This document shows positions 56,832-64,000 of a stretch of 64,000 nt of DNA, in pieces. The notes beneath the pieces were generated by a model. The model made no database searches and was not told the origin of the DNA. It worked only from the letters and a program-made list of their open reading frames with translations. Each line of letters begins with the position of its first letter. Position 1 is the stretch's first letter. The translations under genes were made by a program, and so were the position numbers. The DNA lies in the NCBI GenBank assembly GCA_951406725.2, contig OX597829.1:35836001-35900000 (forward strand), in the 5' to 3' direction. Source of the stretch: Octopus vulgaris (lineage: Eukaryota).

Positions 56832-57804
56832 ACAGCTCGTCAGATTTTTCAGAACTGTCACTGTTTCTTTCACATATCACTGTATCCATAATCGAGCATC
56901 AAATTTCGTCTAATCGCGAAATCTGGCTTCATTTCAATATTCTATTTCCTCAAGAGATGTTTTCAAAGATATCTCAAATGGCATAGTTTATCTGTTGAGA
57001 GATTTTGAATGCTAAATATATCTCACCGAGTCAAAGGTTACACTTGAAACAGATATCATAAACTCTGATATTGTATTCGAGTGCATTTCCGTGGCACAAT
57101 ATATATTGCGGTAAAAAAAAATGTTTTTCATTTCCACAGATAACTTTTCAAAAGGTATCTCATTAGACAAATTATTTAGTTTGTAAATATGGACATTTTT
57201 AAACAGTTTAATTTATTTAGATAAAATTTCACTCAAATAGAATATGTTATCGACACACTACGAATAACGGCTCTTGAAACCGAGATTCCAAATAGTAAAA
57301 CAAGTCAGAAAAACAAAAACTAAATATTTACTAATAATATCAGAAATTGATACAATATGGTAACAGTTATTATTGATATTCTGTCATTCTGTCTTTTTAC
57401 TTCATTTGAAAAATCGCAATAATTATGTAAATATCAATAAATAATTAATACATACCATCATTATTTTGAGATAATTTTAGTGATGTTTATTGGTAGTATT
57501 TGTGTGGTGAACGATGGTGTTTGTGTCTTGTATTATATTGTTGATAGTGTTACTGCTGTGATTTAGTAACAGGACAATCAAAATTAAGTAGACACATGAG
57601 AAGAGGCATTCCAGTCACGTACATTCCAGTTCAGAAGAGTGCCTAAAAGAGGATATAATTCCAATGGCAATTAGCTTGTATTTCTAAGATAGGTGGAATG
57701 ATTTTATAGAGACTGCATTAATGTATAGTGTTATAAGTGTGGTATATAAGTATTATAAGTATGGCAATGTTAGTGAGCGTATGATATCATTGATGTGATA
57801 TATA

Positions 57805-58404
57805 TATTTCTTTACTACCCACAAGGGGCTAAAAATAGAGGGGGCAAACAAGGACAGACAAAGGGATTAAGTCGATTACATCGACCCTAGTGCGAAACTG
57901 GTACTTTATTTATCGACCCCGAAAGGATGAAAGGCAAAGTCGACCTCGGCGGAATTTGAACTCAGAACGTAACGACAGACGAAACACCTATTTCTTTATT
58001 ACCTACAAGGGGCTAAACATAGAGGGGACAAACAAGGACAGGCATAGGTATTAAGTCGATTACATCGACCCCAGTGCGAAACTGGTACTTAATTTATCGA
58101 CCGCGAAAGGATGAAAGGCAAAGTCGACCTCGGCGGAATTTGAGCTCAGAACGTAACGACAGACGAAATACCTATTTCTTTATTACCCACAAGGAGCTAA
58201 ACACAGAGGGGACAAACAAGGACAGACATAGGTATTAAGTCGATTACATCGACCCCAGTGCGTAACTGGTACTTAATTTATCGACCCCGAAAGGATGAAA
58301 GGCAAAGTCGACCTCGGCGGAATTTGAGCTCAGAACGTAACGACAGACGAAATACCGCTAAGCATTTCGCCCGGCGCGCTAATGTTTCTGTCAGCTCACC
58401 GCCT
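57805..58404 (-). mobile_element. Head-to-tail SINE family A trimer under a single 15-bp TSD
   Basis: Units start (+ coordinates) at 57805, 57989 and 58173; TSD TTGATGTGATATATA at 57790-57804 and 58405-58419. Confidence 0.92.
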
Positions 58405-60149
58405 TTGATGTGATATATAGTAATGTTGTGGTATAGAGCAGTATATGCATGTGGTATATGGTCGTGTTAATATGTGGTATATGCTAGTGTTGGTATGTGG
58501 TGGATTGTAGCGTTGGTCTATTGTGTTATTGCATTGATGAGGTGTATGATAGATTGATACATTTGGCGTTGTGTATAGTAGCGTTGGTGTCGTTTACCGT
58601 ATTATTGGTATGGGCGGTGATAGCTTGACATCAAGCATAGTAACGTGATTTATTGCGTGGTAATGTTGGTGTGATGCTCGATAGTGCTGCTACGTGGATC
58701 ACGTAAATATTTGTATATGGTAGTGTTGGAGTGGTGTAGGACAGGGATTGTCTGCAGAATGGTTGTTCTGGTGTAGTGCATGTTTACGTCAGTATAGTAA
58801 TTCCAATGTCGACTTGTTAACTCATGTTCGAATGTGACATGGTACATATTTTGTGTTGTGTAGTGATATTGATATGTTTTATGATTGTCTTCGCCTGTTT
58901 TATGGAAATATTATTGTTTTCTGTAGTTATAAGATAAGCCATTTTGTTGGTGCTTTAAAAGTCTTACCCAGTAGGTCGCTTGTCATGTTTAACAATGATT
59001 TTTAACTTTTGAATATTACTGATGTATTCAAAATTCCAGACCATTTTATTTCTTACTTCTAGTGTTAAAACGATATATTTTAAATTGCCTAATATAACAA
59101 AGTTGCTTACTTTTCAACCATTGATTATATGAGCAAATACATTAAGAAACAAAATATCTATTCGAAGAGGCAGATCCGTGTCAGTATCGTGTGTTGCTGA
59201 AAAGAAAGACTATTTAAATTAGAGGAAGTGGCAGAATGAACAGGGTCACTCAGAAATGAGTCAAGAGGAAGCTATTTCTGAAAGGTAGGGTTGAGGTAGC
59301 GAAGACCTACATCGTCTACTACCACCCGACCATTCAGCTTTGTTCTACTCTATGGCTGATCAGACTGGAGTGCTTGTACTTCCACTTTCTGTCAAGATTC
59401 GCTACGTGGAGGATTATATATACTGTAGCTAATGAAGTATCGACAAGCAAGGGTTCTATGGCACCATTGATATACTATCCCAAGCTATTTCCATCTGAGC
59501 ATATACAGCTATCACAGCTGATAAACCCTCGCCAACCTTTGTGCCTAGTTAGATACAACTTGTCAGTATCGCTTATGGGCCGAAATGCTCCATGTAATAT
59601 GAGTAGTCAGGTCTTTATAACTTATCTTTTCTCCAACTGTTATTAATTGTACCATGTAGTGATTATTCGAAACCTAATTAATAGTGACAGAAGCAGTATT
59701 AATACCAAAATGTAATATTTATCCACACTTAAAAGTGGATGTTGTGTTAGAACACAGAATACTGTATTATCACAAGTTTCATGTGGACTTGTGCATATAA
59801 GCACACGTATTTATGTGGTTAACAGGAGATAATCGTCTGCTACCGCTAGTTTACTAAATTATCACCCTATTGTTATTTGATTTTCCTGTCAGTACTCGAC
59901 CAGGACCTGTACTCTGTTGATAAAAAATATATAAATGTAATCAGAATTTTTATATTTGATACCTTTTCGAGTCCATTACTTTGAACAATATCGTCTCGTT
60001 CTGCTGTTTCCAATCCATTCCCCTGTAGTACATCTTCATCTGAAGTGCTCAACTCTTTCTTTAATTTGACTCTTCATAGCTTCAAGTTCATGCTCAGGCA
60101 ACCATTCCCTGACCCTCAGTTTTAATTAGTCTGCGCTGATGAAAATGAA

Positions 60150-60320
60150 CTGGCTAGTCCGTTCGAGAACTATCATGTATATTTTCCAGATGTCCTTGGC
60201 CTCGCAGTGCTATCTGGGGACGCTACCGGTTCGAGATAAACTCTATAGGAACAGATATGCTGTCAGACGGGCTTGTCCGAGGTGCGCCCAGAGTAACGAA
60301 ACCGTTCTGCACCTACTCGT
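60150..60320 (+). mobile_element. L1/Tx1 ORF2 C-terminal zinc-finger fragment
   Basis: LPVRDKLYR....CPRCAQSNETVLHLL (zf-RVT-like). Confidence 0.7.
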
Positions 60321-60581
60321 GGATATGCTTGGGCAATGCATGCGTAGCAATAAATTCAAATATGAAATAGATGCGGTGCTAGTGTAACAAACATTATGAA
60401 TCACATATATTAATCGGACCAGCGGATGTGATTTGGTGCCGTTGAGAATTCTGTCTCAAAACTTCGGGCTGCGAAATCGCAGCCTACAGGCAAATACACG
60501 GAGCTTGTGCGTTAAGTATATGTAGTTGATAATGTATGTTTATCACACAAGCGTTGCTTCTATTTCGTATTTGTACACACA

Positions 60582-60916
60582 AAGGGTAAAGGGTAAAGAC
60601 CCCCTTCGGTCATGAATGACCATGGGATTGCACCTAGAAAGTTACCCTCCTAGACACAAGTCCGGGCAAGGAAGACCAGCAGTCGCCCATGCATACCAGC
60701 CTCCCCTCTCCACGCCACCAGTGTTATCCAAGGGAAAGACAAAGGTTGATACAGCTTGGCACCAGTGGCGTTGCAACTAATTTCTACAGCTGAGTGAACT
60801 GGAGCAACGTGAAATAAAGTGCCTTGCTCAAGAACACAACACCCAGCCCGGTCCGGGATTCGAGCTCACAACCTCACGATCGTAAGCTCGACGCTCTAAC
60901 CACTGAGCCATGCGCC
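60582..60916 (-). mobile_element. tRNA-derived CORE-type SINE (family D)
   Basis: Minus strand GGCGCATGGCTCAGTGGTTAGAGCG..CTCGAATCCCGG (A and B boxes), then CORE-like GTGTTCTTGAGCAAGGCACTTTATTTC, and a (TTTACCC)n tail. Confidence 0.82.
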
Positions 60917-61561
60917 ATATAGACACACGCGCACACACTAACAAATACTCACAGGCACGACTTTAGTCATGACCTACCGCCAAAAGTAAATAAAATAGCA
61001 ACGAGACGGAGAAAGTGATGTAAGAGGTGGATAGAAAAACAATGTTATTTACATTCATAGAGGAATGATTAATGCTCGCTGATAAAATGAACAAAGAAGT
61101 GTGTCGTCTCAATCACTGACTGGCAGTGAAATACGGAAAGATGGGGTATACGAGGAGATTAGTGGTGGCCTCTTATTGTAATTAACCCAAAATCAAATCC
61201 AAAAGTTAAATAGTAGAGCATCAAAAATAAATGGGCACTCTGTACAGACTGTGGTGGGACAGTTATTGATGTTGACATTCCACTTCGATACACTGATGTG
61301 CACAAGATTTTCTGCCGACGTAGTATAGCACGTATTAGCTTTAATATTAAATGGTTGTTTGATGGAGATAACGACTTAATTATGAAACTGTACGCCACCA
61401 AAACATCCCATCCGTTGATTCAACATAATATAAATATCATACAAGACCAAATAAAATAATGCAATTCAAAAACATTCAATATGACAGTATCTAGTTACGA
61501 ATTTGTATTACAATAATCCTGTCGTAACATACAAGTATCGGATACAAAATGTAGAGCACGA

Positions 61562-61622
61562 ATGAAATTGTGGAACGCCTATACAGCTGTAGCTGGCTTA
61601 GGAATGTTATTACTTATATCTG
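61562..61622 (+). CDS. Candidate first coding exon (signal peptide) of a secreted or membrane protein
   Basis: ATG..MKLWNAYTAVAGLGMLLLIS-G followed by a phase-1 donor G|GTAAGG, in non-repetitive DNA; TATAAATA at 61429-61436. No downstream exon identified. Confidence 0.45.
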
Positions 61623-63365
61623 GTAAGGAAATGCATCTTTATTAGGATTAAGGAACAGTTAACTTTCGACACGTTTGAATGTATAAAAGATCGATTCATA
61701 TGAGTTTCCTACTGACTCGTTTATCGAGTCTTGATCGGACAGCCATATGAAATACATGCATGTCTGAAGATAAGCTGGAGATGCATTTATTTATTTTATC
61801 TATTACATGTTAATCACATTAAGCAGATGTATGGAATCTTTGTTAATATAAATGATTTCCTCGTCACTTTGTTAATGTTATTTTATTTTTTCAAAAATTC
61901 GACTATAATGACAGTTTACAGTCTATTCATATTTTTTAGAGCAGTAGAGTTGTGATATGAGGTTTATTTCGGTGCCTTTTTTAACAGATCGCTTAGGGGT
62001 TCCATTGTTATGTAAATAATGGACTTCTTAAGGTGTTCACTTATCAGTTCCAGTTTCTGGGTTTTAGTCGAAGACATCGACTCCAGGACTTACTTTTTGT
62101 AAGCCTTCTACTTATTCTATCAGTATCTCTTACTGAACTGCTAGGTTACGGGGATTATATTATATATGTATGTGTTAAAAGAAAAATACATTAAAAAAAG
62201 TTCGGTTATACATATTATATTATGTATATTAAATTGCATTATATTATATTCTTAAAGTATAACAGACTGCCATTTTTCTTTATAATACTAAATACGAATC
62301 CACAAAAATGTAAGTCAGGGTGCAAATCACAGAGTAAAGGGTTCAGATCATAATGTCCAGAGATTAGAATGCAAAATAATTCATCGTATATAGCTTAGGA
62401 ATCCTGGATTACACAATTTGCCATCTATAAATAAAATGGACTTATCTTTATCAAAGTAGGAAACCTTTCATTTTATATTCCCTTTTATCTAGTGGTCATT
62501 AACGTAGGAAGTTTTTCATAGAACTTCACCTCGTTGTAGTCCTGTGACTGCTGTTTTTATCTTGATTACATGTAAGCTAACCAGGTTCGATGCTTCTAGA
62601 GCTACAGTGATTTTCTAACGTTCAAAATAATATAGATGCCAGCGTGCATTAAAGTGGTAAAATATCTACCGAATTTCAGGTAATTAGAGAAATAGGTTCT
62701 AAAAAAAGAAGCGATCTAACTCCACGATATCAAACTGAATAAATTTATGGTAAATTTTGTTTTCGATATTATTGAACTAATTAATGATGATATTACAAAT
62801 TCTATTGTCTTAAACGGGCATCTTCCTTGATCCTTGACGAAATTAATACCATGACGCATTCATGCTCGCTGCATCTAATTCACTTAACATTGTGTTGCTT
62901 AACCTGCATCTAGAGCTACCGATTAAATTATTTTTGCGCTGTTTCAATAAGCAATAAAACTCGCATGTGTTTAAGCTTGCTAGTTTGAAAGTCTTAGTCT
63001 TTTTGTATATTTTCATGATGCAAAAGGTTGTCAGAATTGCTTCTATCAGACTCGTATCTGCACGAGTTTTCTGTGAGTTCAACTTGAAAATCTTCATGTG
63101 GTTACTATATCTTACTTTCATATGCGACTGATCAAATTTGTCTCCACATTTTTATTTTGTACGAATTTCTTTTGGTTTTTTTTTGTAACTGAATCTACTA
63201 TCTACGTGTAAACTGGCCGATTCTTTAGCGAAGGAGTAAACGTTTCGTTTTACGTGTCCAAGGACTTACCTTCTTCTCAATAAGTTGTCTGGTATACAGA
63301 TTTCTTAGTAATGAAATACACAAAATCCAATGATGCGCAGATACATTCCAAGGTCGCCATACTGT

Positions 63366-64000
63366 GCCAACCAACCAACCAACATACCAGCCAACTCCCC
63401 CAACATACCAGCCAACTCCCCCAACATACCAACCAACATAAAAACCACCATGCCAACCAATCAAACCACCAACCAACTAACATACCAACTAACCAGCCAA
63501 CCGACCGACCGACTAACCTATTTCTTTATTACCCACAAGGGGCTAAACATAGAAGGGACAAACAAGGACAGACATAGGTATTAAGTCTATTACATCGACC
63601 CAGTACGTAGCTGGTACTTAATTTATCGACCCCGAAAGGATAAAAGGCAAAGTCGACCTCGGCGGAATTTGAACTCACAACGTAACGGCAGACGAAATAC
63701 CGCTAAGCATTTCGTCCGACGTGCTAACGTTTCTGCCAGCTCGCCGGACTAACCAACCGGCCAAACGACCGACCAACCGACCAACCAATCAACGAACCAA
63801 CCAACGACCGACCAACCAACCAACCAACCGACCGAACAAACAACCAGCCGACCGACCAACCAGCCCACCAACATACCAACCAATATACCAACCACCATGC
63901 CAACCAACCACCCAAACCACCAACAAACCAACATACCATCCAACCAACCAACCAACCGACCGACCAACCGACCGACCAACCGACCGACCAGCCGACCAAC
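63366..64000. repeat. (CCAA)/(CCGA)n degenerate satellite containing a SINE A copy (63519-63746, minus strand)
   Basis: Directly visible; GACTAACC flanks both sides of the SINE. Confidence 0.93.

Noticed and set aside
57140-57154. 15-nt micro-exon between TTTCCACAG and GTATCT
   Set aside because: Splice-like motifs at this frequency are expected by chance, and there are no partner exons.
60860-60916. tRNA gene
   Set aside because: The tRNA-like head continues into a CORE-type SINE body and tail with no proper acceptor stem; the same applies to the other SINE heads.

Overview
AT-rich, microsatellite-saturated animal genomic DNA. The SINE families, Dong/R4-type LINEs and simple repeats point to a coleoid cephalopod, most likely Octopus; this is inferred from recalled repeat families, not from a search. 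There is no intact protein-coding gene, and nearly all listed ORFs are microsatellite artefacts or decayed transposon fragments. The window is a nest of transposable-element remnants: tRNA-derived SINEs (at least four families, about 20 copies), REL-type (Dong/R4-like), L1/Tx1, RTE and CR1 LINE pieces, Penelope-like elements (PLE), an internally deleted Gypsy LTR element, and mariner, Tc1, hAT and probable Helitron fragments. The most notable signals are non-coding: (1) a near-perfect 3 x 480-bp tandem array in a (TA)n tract, with one type I hammerhead ribozyme per unit (retrozyme or PLE pseudo-LTR-like, a potential circular-RNA source); (2) next to it, a different hammerhead element with a perfect 108-bp inverted repeat; (3) long foldback hairpins, one with a G.U-biased mismatch pattern; (4) a SINE trimer built from different subfamily variants under one target-site duplication. 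A plausible signal-peptide first exon of a host gene lies at 61562-61622 (+). All translations, alignments and counts were done by eye.
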